A DNA stretch of 64,000 nucleotides from Saccostrea cucullata (GCF_032062105.1 NW_026941528.1:1-64000), one strand, 5' to 3'. Shown: positions 40,201-53,896, counted from the first letter of the stretch. Notes: generated by a model from the letters alone, not told the origin. Numbers and translations: made by a program.

Positions 40201-43200
40201 TCAGTTCCTTTGATTTCCAATGTGAAAAATGTGATGTTTATATGTATAACATAAATATGTCCATTTGAATATGCATGGATTTTAGTTGAAAAACACATTC
40301 TAATATTATGTCAGGACCATTTATTGATGAATTTTCATTGAAAATATTGTCAGAGGTAATAACATATCAAAGTCGATAAGAATTTCCATCCGATATATTT
40401 AACATTTAAAAGAAATGAAAATGGAGTTAATATTTCAAAGTGTATTTCAAAAATAATAATCAATAAAGAAAAATATTATCGTGCGTGAAACTACTTAAAT
40501 TTAAATGGGAAATTACGGTTTTGAGGTTTGACATCCCGAGACTATTTTTAACAATGAACTTAAAATCCCTCTAATTTTGTCAAAAAAAAATAATTGAATC
40601 AAAACATGGGATATTGTACTTTGGAAAATTACTATTCCAAAGATGTTTTAAATAACGAACTTACAGAATTTTCAATTTTGTCAAATCACTGAAGGCATTT
40701 TCCTCTATTGTTGTAATGGTGTTGCCGCTAAGATCCCTGAAAGAAATTGTAAAAGAGACAATTTTTTTATCATCCTCAAATATGCGTAAGAGTTTTACTT
40801 TAATCGTTAAGAAAAAGCATCGATCACTTCAAAAATTATTACATGCCTCATAATGTAAAAACAGTTATATGAAATCTAAAAGTCATCCTCTTGGCGATTT
40901 ATAAAGCATATACTGTCCAAATTCAGGTTAAAGCAGTTTATTATACCTCTATTGATAATACTCGAATTTGATTGGTTGGTAAGACAACTTTAAAAACAAC
41001 AATGACTCCAAATGGTACTGTTTACAGCAATAATGACCTAGGAATCATTGCACGTGGGATATAATGACCCGGTCATGAATATTAATGACCGCTAAATAAT
41101 GACCTCTTAATCAAAAATTCCTTTTTGAGTGAAGTTCATGCATGAAATAATTACTATTCGAGAAAAACAACACGTTTTTAAAATTGTGCATGGTCTGGTT
41201 TGCTTTACCATACAGAATACGGTAAAATTTTATCTTTAACGGTTTACTCATTGCAAAATATCGTTACAATTCAGTTCAACGTAACAGCATTAAACAGGTA
41301 GAATCGGCTCTTTAAACAGTTGAATTCTGTGTTAAATTCTAACTGTGTAGAGGAAAAGTAATCGCTTGTTAAACAATTTATGTCGCTATCAATCAAATAT
41401 GGTTTTAATCAGTAAATCATGATGCAAAAACTTACATGACTTGTAGACGTCAATGGGTATAGCAAATCCCGATCCCGATCAAAGGAAGAATTGATATAAA
41501 TCTAACAGTTAGAGGTTCATACTTTTCAATATATATCGGTATAATAAAACAATTGATTACCCCTTATAAGTTCAACATGGTGAAATAAGGACCCTCGACC
41601 TGGCCCAATTGATCACCTGCCCTGACCTCGGCCACTTCGCGGCCTCAGTCAGGCCAGGTCACCTCGTGGGCCAGGTCTCGGGTCCTTATTTCACCATAAT
41701 GACATCAAAAAGAATAATTAATTGTATAATAATGTGGGTTGCTGTTAAATTCATTTTAAAGAAAAACACAAGTATAGAGATATTTAGGCCTCCTTACGCA
41801 TCATACTGTTCGAATTCCTTATTGAGGTTCGTGCCTACATTAAAAAAAACACTACAAAGAGGTTCCTCCTGTTCTTGACATCTTGACATTATCGAATCAA
41901 CATATAGATATTATACTTTGTTGGATTGAGATTCCAACAAAATAAAATAGAGTTAGGAACTGTTAAACTTAAGAGATCTCAAGTTAGCTTGTCAGACCAG
42001 TAAATGTGTTTTCCATAATTGCAATTAATTTGTTCATGTAATTTTTAAAAAAGAAAAACATGTGAAGAGATTATGTCAGAAGCAAGGTTTTTATATATAA
42101 CAAAATTTATCATTCAATAAACAGGGAAGTGTTTATTATTACGTGAATAATTCCTACTAGCTTCAAAATTTCAATTCATTGAATTCAGACGGTAAACACT
42201 GGGCTGGTACTTCTCACTCTATCAATTAATAACAATTTAACCTCTTTTTAAAAGAAAGTTATAATTAATAATGATATACATGTAATAATCATCTAAATTG
42301 TAAATTATATTTCTGGTCTTACAAGCAATGATAGCGCAAATATTTCTAACAAGCCTCAAAATCTCAACACAGGTATGGAGATAATTTACAATTATCCACT
42401 TTATGGAAGTGGGATATCTCTTTTATCAAATCTGTGACAGTGACTATTCTTGTCAAGGTTTTGGTAAAAGAGCCATCCCACTATCAACCAATTGATCAAT
42501 GTTTTATGTTTCATTATATTGATGTATAAAATAATTTCTAAGGTTTGATTTTTTGGTGTAAGAAAATACTGTGAAAATAAGATGAAATCCTGATCCTGAA
42601 GTCATTATGATATCATTGGTCTATAGATTTATTGATTAAAATCAAAATTGGCGGCACAAATTATAAGAAAATTTTTCGAAAGGTTGGGTAGCAAAAATAT
42701 ACCCGGGCTAAAGCTTTCTATTCCTGGACATTTTCAGATTATAAAAAAAAATAGTTAATTACCTGCAAAACTATATAAAGGAATCACTTTAACAGAAGTA
42801 AAATAACGAACAGTTTTCAATATCAAAGTACATTAAAAAATACAAAATAGGAGCAGGGCAAACACGAGCTACGAAACATTAGAGGTCGGATCAGGTGCCA
42901 TGGAGGACTGAGCATCCCCTGCTGACCGATCACACCCACCGTGCGCTGATGGTCATGATCGGGAAATAACGAAAAATCCGTCATAATTTAGTGTGTAAAT
43001 AATGGCCTAACCATTAGTATGAAGACGTCGGTCAGCATTTAACTCAGTTTTATTTCCTGACTAGGACGTAGAACTAACGAAAAGATGACTTTATACGGGA
43101 CTTTTGATGTTCTTGCTTTATCAACTAGTTTATTAATAATTTTACCCCGTTCTAGAAACTGCACATCAAAAGAGCTTGCTTGTTGCGTTAACTGACAGAA

Positions 43201-45984
43201 AAACCCGGTATATAGGTGATGAAGATGTTAATAATAAAAATTGGTTGTTACATTATCATATCAAACTTTAACATGATCAGCCTCCACTTAATTATCAGTC
43301 AATCTGAATCATGTAACTTACATTAACCTCATTAAAGCTTTGATCCTGAATAAGGTTTAATGTATATACTTGTCTTAAATTTTAGAATAAATCAAGTGAA
43401 TTACACGCATCATAGTGCTCATTATTCAGTTTTTGTTTAACGTTAATCTAAAAAGAACAAATCTAAAAATCGATATTTTATTCTTGGCAGTGTTGAATCA
43501 AACTATAGTATGCTATACTTTAGTGGATTGATACTCCAAAAATATATAAATGGTTAATGACTACTCCAAAATATATAAATGATAAGAGATTCTTAGAAAA
43601 AGCTTACAAGTCAGTTAACTTTGTCAAACCAGTAAATATGCTGCTCTTGATTGTAGTCATTCTGTTCTGGTTCAAATATCTGAAAAGAAGTACAAAGTAA
43701 AAATCGAAAGCAGGTGATTCCTAAAAAAAAGAAAGGTTCCTTTTTTTCTTGGAGAAATTATCACGTAAATAACTCCATCTAGATCCACACAGCCAATACA
43801 TGGTTTTACACGTGATTTGAACTGGGTTTGGGAAGTTTTTGTTTTGCAGTTTACGAGGGCTTGTCAATTAACAGTGTCCTCGATGCTTGGAAAGAAGCAA
43901 AACAAAAAAGAAAAAACTCTCCAATGATAAAGTATCATTGATTTAACTTAATATTTTCTTTTATTTAAAAAACATTTCGATACATTTTTCATTCAATTTC
44001 TGATCGTTTTTTTCTTCAACATGTACTATGTAAATGGTGTTTTTTTCGTGTTTGGAAAATGAAAAAAATAAAAGGCGAAAAATCTGGCAAATATTGTTAA
44101 TGTGAAAAAAATACTTTCTGTTTATAACAAAAAATCCTTTACTCTTCAGGGCGTCCGGCTTTGGACGCTGTCATCAAGAAATTTAATGTAGCAAATTACT
44201 GATTCTGGTCCCTTCCTCTCATTAACCTTTCGATTTTTGCAAAAACAATTGCTTTCTATAATCTTCCAGAAATAAAATTTCCTCCTGAACACGAATTTGA
44301 ACAACAAAACCACTAATATTAAAGAAAGTTGCATATAAAATTGTCTTTGTGCTCCTGCAATTCTTTGCGCTTCTCAGACCATTGCTGTTTTTGTCAAGTA
44401 CATCTTATTGTAATTTTTTTACCGAGGTTTTTAAGCAAAAGATTCAAGTTTTATTATGTGTTTGAATTTCAATCAAACATGGATAACTACAATTACTTAT
44501 ATTTAAAAATAATTGTTTAGATATTCTCACACATTGTCGTTTTTACTCATATCTCAAAACAAACGGTGACCATTGAGTACTAAGCTTTTTTACTGTTAAA
44601 CATTTCTTTAAAACAGTGTGAACTACTCCTCAAATGATGTATATCAAATAAACTGTGTGTCTTAAAGTCAATCATCAGTGATTATTCGTTGAAATAACTT
44701 TATTTGGTAGTAACCAATATTTGCCCCCAAATCAAACTTTGAAATATTTTCATTATGTTTTTAAACAGGGGGATATATGCTGACTTCAAAGCACTGAATA
44801 TTGTTATAAGCAATGACGTTATATATTTGAAATGACGTCATATGACGTAAAATAAAAATTTCCTTGATTTCTGCAGAAAAATGTATATGTTACGTCGATA
44901 TTTTGAGTAAAAGTCATCGAGCACAGGTCTGATCAGGATCGATATTTTGATATCATGTGTAGAATGATAATATCAATCCTGAACAAACTTGCGCTCTACA
45001 AATTTTAAAGCAAAAATTGTTGAAATTTTGTCCATTTTTTCCTCTTTCTGAAAAATGATATAAAATCGGACTAGTTTTCGACGTTATCAATAAACTACTT
45101 TGAAACTTTGATATGTTCTGTTATTGATATTGATATTCACCTGCCCATTTGTCTATGAAACAAACAATGGTTCCCGTAAATTTCCTCACATTTCAGTGAA
45201 TATTTCTTTGAGACTTAACGAGTTTTACAACAGCTTAAATGAAGCGTTTAATTTCACTCTAGTTTACTTATTCTAAACCATTCATTTTTAATTCAGTGTC
45301 TCGAATAGCCTTTGTTTTGCAGCTTCTCACAATGAAACTATCTGATGAGAAGTGGTCACATAAATTATTATTAACTTATTTTAGATTCAATTATGCGAAA
45401 AGGTCAAGCTTAATGTTATATAAAATCTGTATTGTATGACACACAGTTCAGGACATTATTTATTGAACAACCCTCATATAGTTTGTACAATTGATATCCT
45501 AAAAACACACAAGGAAATTAAAAGTTTCTATTAATTTGTCTACTTATTGAAATAATAGAAAACAACAAGAGATATTATAGTTTGGAGGGAATCATATTCC
45601 AAGATATATATCTAAAAAAACAAACTTACAGTCTTTCTAAGTTCGTCAATGCACTCATTGCATTGTCCTCTATTGTGGTTATTCTGTTTTGATGAAGTAC
45701 CCTGAAAAAAATGTGCAAAGGGAATATCAAGTGCAATTATTTATCACCTTAATATTATAAAAATTTTACATTTTCCTTATATATATATATATATATATAT
45801 TCATGGTTGATTAGCTTTTACTAGCGAATATAGTGCAAAGTAACCAAAATGCACATGTGACCAATTTTCATAATTTTTTTGCCACATAGTCAAAAAAATT
45901 CCCATATTATGTTCTCATGCGTTTTTTTCCTTTCAGTAAATTTATATATATATATATGTTCTCATGCGTTTTTTTTCCTTTCTG

Positions 45985-46022
<38 letters not shown>

Positions 46023-49000
46023 ATTTACATCCTTAAATTAATTTATGTAAAACATCTGACACGGCAGACCCATGCTAGCAATTAAGTTTCTTAATCGCAA
46101 AATTTCTTATCCGTTAGATTAAAGCAATTCTCGAAGATCTTTCTGTAAATTGGTATGATTTATATTCTCGGCCGTCGGATGCTAAGATATGCGCGCGGGT
46201 TCTCACGCCTTTCACCATTCCCTCACAGAACCTTGTCAGTGAACGCGCAAACAAAAATTCTGCTGTAATTTTAATTGTTGATCTCTTCATATCTATTCAA
46301 TTGGGATAGAAAGGTATGGATTTTAATTTTTGATGTTTATTTTCCTCGGCATGTTGGATCCCTATGTTCTTAAATTTTTTAATGTGGAACAGAACTAGCT
46401 TTTTTGGTGAAAGCATATATCTCAAAACAATGGTATCTATTCTGATTGCGGGATCTTCTCATGTAAATAGATTACAATCGTATATCCGAGAACATTGTGA
46501 ATATGCTAACTTCAATTTATCCGCAACGGCGATTAATTATTTTGGAATAAGTGGTGGGAAATTATCATGTTCCGCTCATATAAATATGTTAGAAAGGAAA
46601 ATCGCTGATCTACGTCCAGGTGTACTCATTTTACATATAGGAGGAAATGATGTTGACAATGTAACAGCAGATGAATCGTTTGTGAGGGAATTAAGCCTGC
46701 GCCTTTTATGCATCGCAGAAACTTTCACATCACGCTACAATATTGCACATGTGAAAATTTGTCAGCTAATGCCTCGTTTTAGGACTCGACTTTTAGACAC
46801 AACATCGTATAATGAACTTGTGATCAAATTCAACAGAGAATTGAAATGTCTGCTGGTACAGAAAACGAGTGTGCAATATTGGAAGCTTAAAAATATTAAA
46901 CACTCTAAATTTCCGATATTTTGTGATGGCGTTCACTTTAACGAAGAACAGGGGATGATAATATACTATAGGAATCTACGTGGGGCAATATTGCACTCCT
47001 TGAAGGCTATCCAAAAGTGATGGCATGTTACCTTCACCATATTCATGTTATGAGATAAGTTTCATTTTAATTTTAATTTTTGTAGTAATTATGCATTCAA
47101 GATACATGTACTTGAATTTTGAATATCGATGTCATACCAAACAATATTATGGTGTATAGAGTGTAGAACATTTTACGATAGCTGCTAGTCATTTGATGCA
47201 CATGGCATCGTTTTAGTGATCTGTCACTATATATGCACTGTGATATGTCACAGTAGAAACGGCTTCTGCTCATTTTGATGCACATGGCATCTTGATGTTT
47301 GCGATATGTCGCTATGAGCTGTAATATGTACAGCTGAGCAGTTGCTTTTATGTTATGGCTAGCAGCTTATATGTGTGAAGTGTCGCTACACTCTGATGTA
47401 TGGTACACCTGAGAAAGGGGGTTACACAAAGTCATTCTGTTTCAACTTTAACAACTCCGAGCAGGGAATTAGCAACAGAAAGGAATGTAAATTTTCCCAT
47501 TCTTGTCAGCTCTGCGAGGGAGAGCACAGTAGAAAGGTCTGTCCCACGTCCCTCAAATCAAGCGCAAATGCTAAAGGAAGACATAGAGTTAGCAGTAATC
47601 ATGGTCCGACAGAATTTACAAAGTCCACATCCAAATCATCAAAATAAAAATTTTGAAATTGTTACCCCAGTTAACCCTGATAGGTTACATGTATGGCTAT
47701 TAAATTACGATATACCTGATAGGGAGTTTCTGGTCTTAGGTTTTAGAGAAGGATTTAAAATACCTTTTCAGGGTAAAAGACAATGCAGACTTAGCGACAA
47801 TTTAAAATCCGCTAAGCAACATTTAGACATTCTTCAAGAAAAAATAAACAAAGAATTAGCCTCTGGTCGAGCTGCTGGTCCGTTTCAAGAACCACCATTT
47901 ACTAACTTTCAAAGTTCGCCCTTAGGCTTAGTGCCCAAAAAGCAACCTGGCGAATTCCGGGTTATCCATCATTTGTCATACCCAGAAGGTCAGTCAATTA
48001 ATGACGGAATATCTCAAGAATTCTGTTCCATCAAGTATCAGACAATTGACGACGCGGTTAAAATTCTTAAAAAGTATGGCAAGGGGGCTTTATTTTCGAA
48101 GACTGATATTGAGAATGCATTTAAAATCATTCCTGTTCATCCTTCAGATCACGAATTACTAGGCTTCACGATAGGAAGTTATTATTTTTTTTTTTATAAA
48201 ACTTTACCCATGGGTCTTAGTTATTCCTGTAATCTCTTTGAGAAATTTAGCTCATCACTTCACTGGGTTATGGACTATCATTACAATGCTTCCTGTGTAC
48301 ATGTTTTAGATGATTTTCTTTTCATTGGTCCAGCCAACACAAATCAGTGTTTAAATTCGCTGGAAAACTTTTTGAACCTGTGCAAAGATATAGGAGTTCC
48401 CATTAAATCTGAGAAAACAGTATATCCCACAACAACAATTACATTTTTAGGTTTAGAATTTGATTCAGAAAAAATGGAATTAAGATTGCCAGATTACAAG
48501 CTTCTCAAATTGCAAGAAACACTAAATAGTTTCAAAAGGAAGAAAAAAGCTTAACTACGCGACTTACAGTCTCTTATTGGCTTGTTAAACTTTGCATGTT
48601 CTGTTGTATTACCTGGCCGCACATTTCTCAGACGACTGATAGATCTCACCAAAGGTTTAAGATTACCGCACTTTAAGAAGTACTTGAATAAGGAAGCTAG
48701 GGCTGACCTTGAGGCCTGGTCAATTTTCATTAACCATTTTAATGGCAGATCCTTAATTTTAGAAGATAAATGGATTACTTCTGGAATATTATCCCTCTAT
48801 ACAGATGCAAGTGACCTTGGTTTTGGGGGTACTTTTCAAATGAACTGGTTTTGTGGGAAATGACCTGAAAAGTGGCGCCAGCTACACATTACAGTCAGGG
48901 AACTATTGCCTATTATACTGGCCTTAGATTTGTGGGGCCCCGACCTGCAAAATTCCTGTGTTAATTTTTATTCTGATAACATAGCTGTAGTGTACATTAT

Positions 49001-52000
49001 TAACAAACAAACTTCTACTGATCCAACTATTATGAAATTAATGCGGCGTTTTGTCGTCAAGACAATGCAGTTTAACATTTTATTTAAGGCAAGTCATGTC
49101 CCTGGTGTACTTAACGTTGCTGCAGATAAACTTTCTCGCTTACAGGTACAAGAATTCAAGGAGGGGTTCCCATCTATGAATCCAATGCCGACACCAATAT
49201 CTCCAACAATGCTCAACCTTTAAAGAACGTAGCAGACTTCATTTTGCAGAGTTCACTTGCTAAAGCTTCTAGGTCATCATACGATAGAGCTTTTACATGT
49301 TATAAGTCCTTCATGTTCAACCAATATCCAAACGTCCCCATCTTACCACCATCATCTCAACATGTCGCACTTTTTGTAGCCTTTTGTTTTCAATCCAACA
49401 TGGCGACGTCGACCTTGAAAAGTTATCTATCAGCTCTAGGATATATATTTAAATTAAAGGGCTATCAAGACGTAACACAGCTTTTTGTAATTCGCAAAAT
49501 GCTACAAGGGTATGAAAAGTTAAAACCAGGTACCAGGGATACGAGGCTGCCTATAACACCGTCTATTCTAAGAAATTTAGTTGACTCGCTTGATCATTTA
49601 GGTATCTCATTTTACCAGCGCAGCATGCTAAAATCAATGTATTTGTTGGCCTTCCATGCCTTCTTAAGAGTGGGGGAAATAACTATCACATCTCGACATC
49701 ACAGAGGTAATGTTTTGCTACTGGAAAATGTTGAGCTTGTTCGAGACGAATCAAACACACTAGAAGGCCTAGAAATAAGACCTGCTTCTTTCAAGCACAG
49801 TTCTGGCCGACATATTCCCACCTTGTTTCTACAGGCTAGTAATTCCGATGAAGGGCTCTGTCCAGTGCAAGCACTATTGTCATTTATTACACTAAGGGGT
49901 CAAGTCATGGGTCCCCTTTTTTCTTACCCTGATGGTCATGGAATCCAAAGGCAACAATTTACAAACTTTCTACAAATGTCTTTAAAGTGGTCGGGTCTCG
50001 ACTCTAAACTCTATAAAACTCATAGTTTTCGAATTGGTGCGGCAACGTCAGCAGCCGAAATGGGTATTTCAGATTAAAAGATTAAACAGATGGGACGATG
50101 GCATTCCGACGCATACAAGAAATACATACGCATACCTGTTTTGAAAATCTAAATATTTTCTGCAGTAAGTATAATCATGGGGACAGGGGCCTCTGATTAT
50201 GCACTAAATATCAACACATACTACGATCAGCTGGTTTTTGGACATAGCGAATATAAGTTTCCAGATTTATATTTAATTTCCCTTTATAGCATGGACTGTT
50301 TTGAATTTTAAACCTAGGTCATGGGGACATGGGCCTCTGACTTAACCTTATAAATATAGCATGGAATGTTTTGATTTTCAAACTTGAGTCATGGGGACAG
50401 GGTCCTCTGACTTAACCTTACAAATAAAGGATGGACTGTTTTGATTTTTCGAACTTACACGTAAGTCATGGGGACAAGGGCCTCTGACTTAACCTAATGG
50501 AGGTACAACTGCGTTCATTTTTCTTCGACATTAAGTCACGGGGACATGGGCCTCTGACTTATTCGCCTGGTTGTGTTTATATAATGTATAATTTGTTTTT
50601 TTATTCCGGTTGGCTGTAATAGTGATGTTAGAAACTTTGATGAAATATGACAGAGGATCGTGAACTTAATTATAACGTATTATGGACACTGCTGGTTAAT
50701 GGAGCTTGAACTAGATCCTTCTATCACTTATAAAGGAGTATCTTGACCATCTTTGAAGAAACTATGTGGTATTTATGTTTGTGCATTAATATTAACAATT
50801 CATTAGAAGACAATAGTTTAAGGATGGGGTTTATTGCGTTTATGTAAACACAATAATGTGGCGAATTTTTATACCCCACCTTTGATATCTATTGAAACAA
50901 AATTGATTATATTTTCAATTGTTCAATTTTTCTGATTCTGCATTATATGTTTATATGCATGATATTTTGTGTTTTTTCATACAGTCATTTATAATGTATA
51001 TAAATGACATTTTTCAATTCACTTAATCTTAATTTTGTTTCTTCATATCAAACAGAGTTAAACTATTGTCAGTGGGTTTACATAAATATTTAATTTACAT
51101 CCTTAAATTAATTTATGTAAAACATCTGACACGGCAGACCCATGCTAGCAATTAAGTTTCTTAATCGCAAAATTTCTTATCCGTTAGATTAAAGCAATTC
51201 TCGAAGATCTTTCTGTAAATTGGTATGATTTATATTCTCGGCCGTCGGATGCTAAGATATGCGCGCGGGTTCTCACGCCTTTCACCATTCCCTCACAGAA
51301 CCTTGTCAGTGAACGCGCAAACAAAAATTCTGCTGTAATTTTAATTGCCCTCCGTCCCGCCCCAACACCATCTGTAATTATTGCCGTGTCAGCATAGTTA
51401 TCTTTGATTGGTTTTGTATGATACATATTCTTTTAGAATAGTTTTTTATGTTTATGTTTTAATTTGCTAAAAATATGTACGATTGTGGTGTTTGCGAATT
51501 TTTATACCCCACCTTTGATATCTATTGAAACAAAATTGATTATATTTTCAATTGTTCAATTTTTCTGATTCTGCATTATATGTTTATATGCATGATATTT
51601 TGTGTTTTTTCATACAGTCATTTATAATGTAAAAAAATGGCATTTTTCAATTCACTTAATCTTAATTTTGTTTCTTCATATCAAACAGAGTTAAACTATT
51701 GTCACTGGGTTTACATAAATATATATATATATATATATATATATCACCTAAATACTTCTTACTTTCCTTTAAATGTCAACACAGGTATATCAAATTTAAA
51801 CATGTTCAACCTTAACTTAAGAGGGCCGTTCAGAAATTACGCGGACTAGTTGCACAGAAAAAAATATTTGACAATATAAACGGGCAAAATGTCACACATA
51901 ATATAAAAGAATTTTTCCTTATATGGTCTTCAAACTTTAATATTAAAATGTTGTAAATTGTTATCAATTTTGAGTGATTTTTTCAGGGCATATCAGTAAG

Positions 52001-53806
52001 TCACGGAGCAGCAAAATCTTCGATGCCACAGGCATTGTAAAAAAAATGTGATTGAGCTTTTATTTTCTCAACATTTTTCCAGGAATACCTATACAGTTCG
52101 AGTTATTTTATCTACTCAACATCCAAACACCATTTCTTGTCAAGCTTAAAATCTGTTAAACAAATAAAGAATATTCTTTTTTTTTTTTTGTTTAGAAACC
52201 AAAAACTATAGGTACATGTATATATGAGATATAGTGTGACATTGGTCACTCTTGATCACGTTCTTTGAAGTCCGGATAAAGTTTTCGTCGATAATCCTCT
52301 CGTATAGCCTTTCTACAGAGGTCTAACGGTCTTAAATTTCAATTTGCTATTTGTGGATGAATGTCACAAATACCCTTTTTTACTACATTTTTATTATGCA
52401 TATTGTGAATTAATGTCGGCGATATCTCAAGCATTACATATAATTTAACAAAAGTGTGGTGCGCCGTCAATTCAGGATACGTCAATTTCACCGTTGTTTT
52501 TACGGGAATCGCATCAGAGAAAAGTCACTATTTCTGTTAGTATTTCAAATATCACGTCAGAAATCTAAATAATCTAAATAATTAAAAAAAAAAGTACAAT
52601 TTAAAGATACTAGAACATTTGAGAAAATTGTCGAAAAATTCGCAAATTAGAGAAAATTAATGAGTAAAATTTTGGATTTCGCATGTTTTTGCTTCAATTT
52701 TTTTTTGTCGTGCTCCGTACCAACATATCAACGTACGTACCAAGGGTATCAACATACCGATAATTTTAGTAATTTTTTTCTAAAATACAGAAATTTTGCC
52801 CAAAAGTTATTGGAATCTTTAAGATACTTCTATCTGTGTAATTTCATAACTTTATGACGTCTGTAAGAATAAATAATAGTCCGCGTAATTTTCGAACGGC
52901 CCTCATATTTATTTGTCTATCACAATTACGCATCGACTGGTAGGGGAAGCCGAGTAGTAAAGTTTTTTGCGGGGGTCTTTCTTAACTGCGAAGCGTTAAT
53001 GAAGAAGGTTTTGCATACTTTAGTTTTGAGGATTGATACCAAAATAATATTTCAAATAAGGAGTTTTCAGTCTTTTTAATTTGTCAAATCATTTAATGAA
53101 TCAACACAGAGTATTTAATATATTTTTGAGGGTTTATATTCCAAAAATTGTCCTCTTTTGTGGTTATTCTGTTTTGATTTAGATACCTTATAGAAATTGT
53201 GAAGAAGGATTTCTAAGTGTAAGTATTTCTCTCTCTAAAAGTTCATAAGAATTTATTAGAATTATTTAAGATTATAATAATCATAAAATGTATCCATCAT
53301 GTTATATTAAGTTTTAAGATGATGAGCAGTTGATGAATTTTTTATGTCTCTCCATGTCCCCTTTTCAAAATATTTTTGATACCTATTTCGTTGAGATTCT
53401 TAAGGAGTTTCACAGCAGCTTTATTGAAGCGTTTAAGTTCACTCTAGTTTCTAGTTTACTTATTCTTTACAATTTCCTTTTAACTCAGTGTCTCGAATAG
53501 CCCTTGTTTTGCAGCTTCACTCATTATAGATTCAATAATGTAAAAAGGGTAATAAAAATTTCTATAAATTTGTCAAATTATTGAAATAATATGAACAAAA
53601 AGATATATTATAGGTTGAGGGAGTGATATTCCAAGATATATATTTAGAAAACAAACTTACAAATATTTTAAGTTCGTCAATCCACTGAACATGTAATCTT
53701 CTATGGTTGTTATTCTGTTTCCGATTAGATACCTGAAAAAAAAGTGCAAAGGGAATGTAAAGTGCAATTATTTATCACAATAAAATTAAAATTTTACATT
53801 TTTCTG

Positions 53807-53896
<90 letters not shown>

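Larger units (their letters stand above)
46016..51722 (+). mobile_element. Ngaro-type DIRS-group tyrosine-recombinase retrotransposon with split direct repeats
   Basis: A1 46016-46277 = A2 51086-51347; B1 50861-51089 ~ B2 51494-51722; RT, RNase H and YR motifs; no methyltransferase; (TA)n on both flanks. Confidence 0.93.

Noticed and set aside
43855-45476. Mariner-like element from weak CGAGGG...CCCTCA ends
   Set aside because: The TIR match is poor and the span includes sequence paralogous to host intron, so the boundaries are not supportable
50171-50561. True CRISPR array
   Set aside because: Eukaryotic retrotransposon context, no cas genes, and several spacers are homologous to each other; reported as a hairpin array instead
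51184-51426. 80-aa minus-strand ORF
   Set aside because: Antisense to repeat A2 with no recognisable motif
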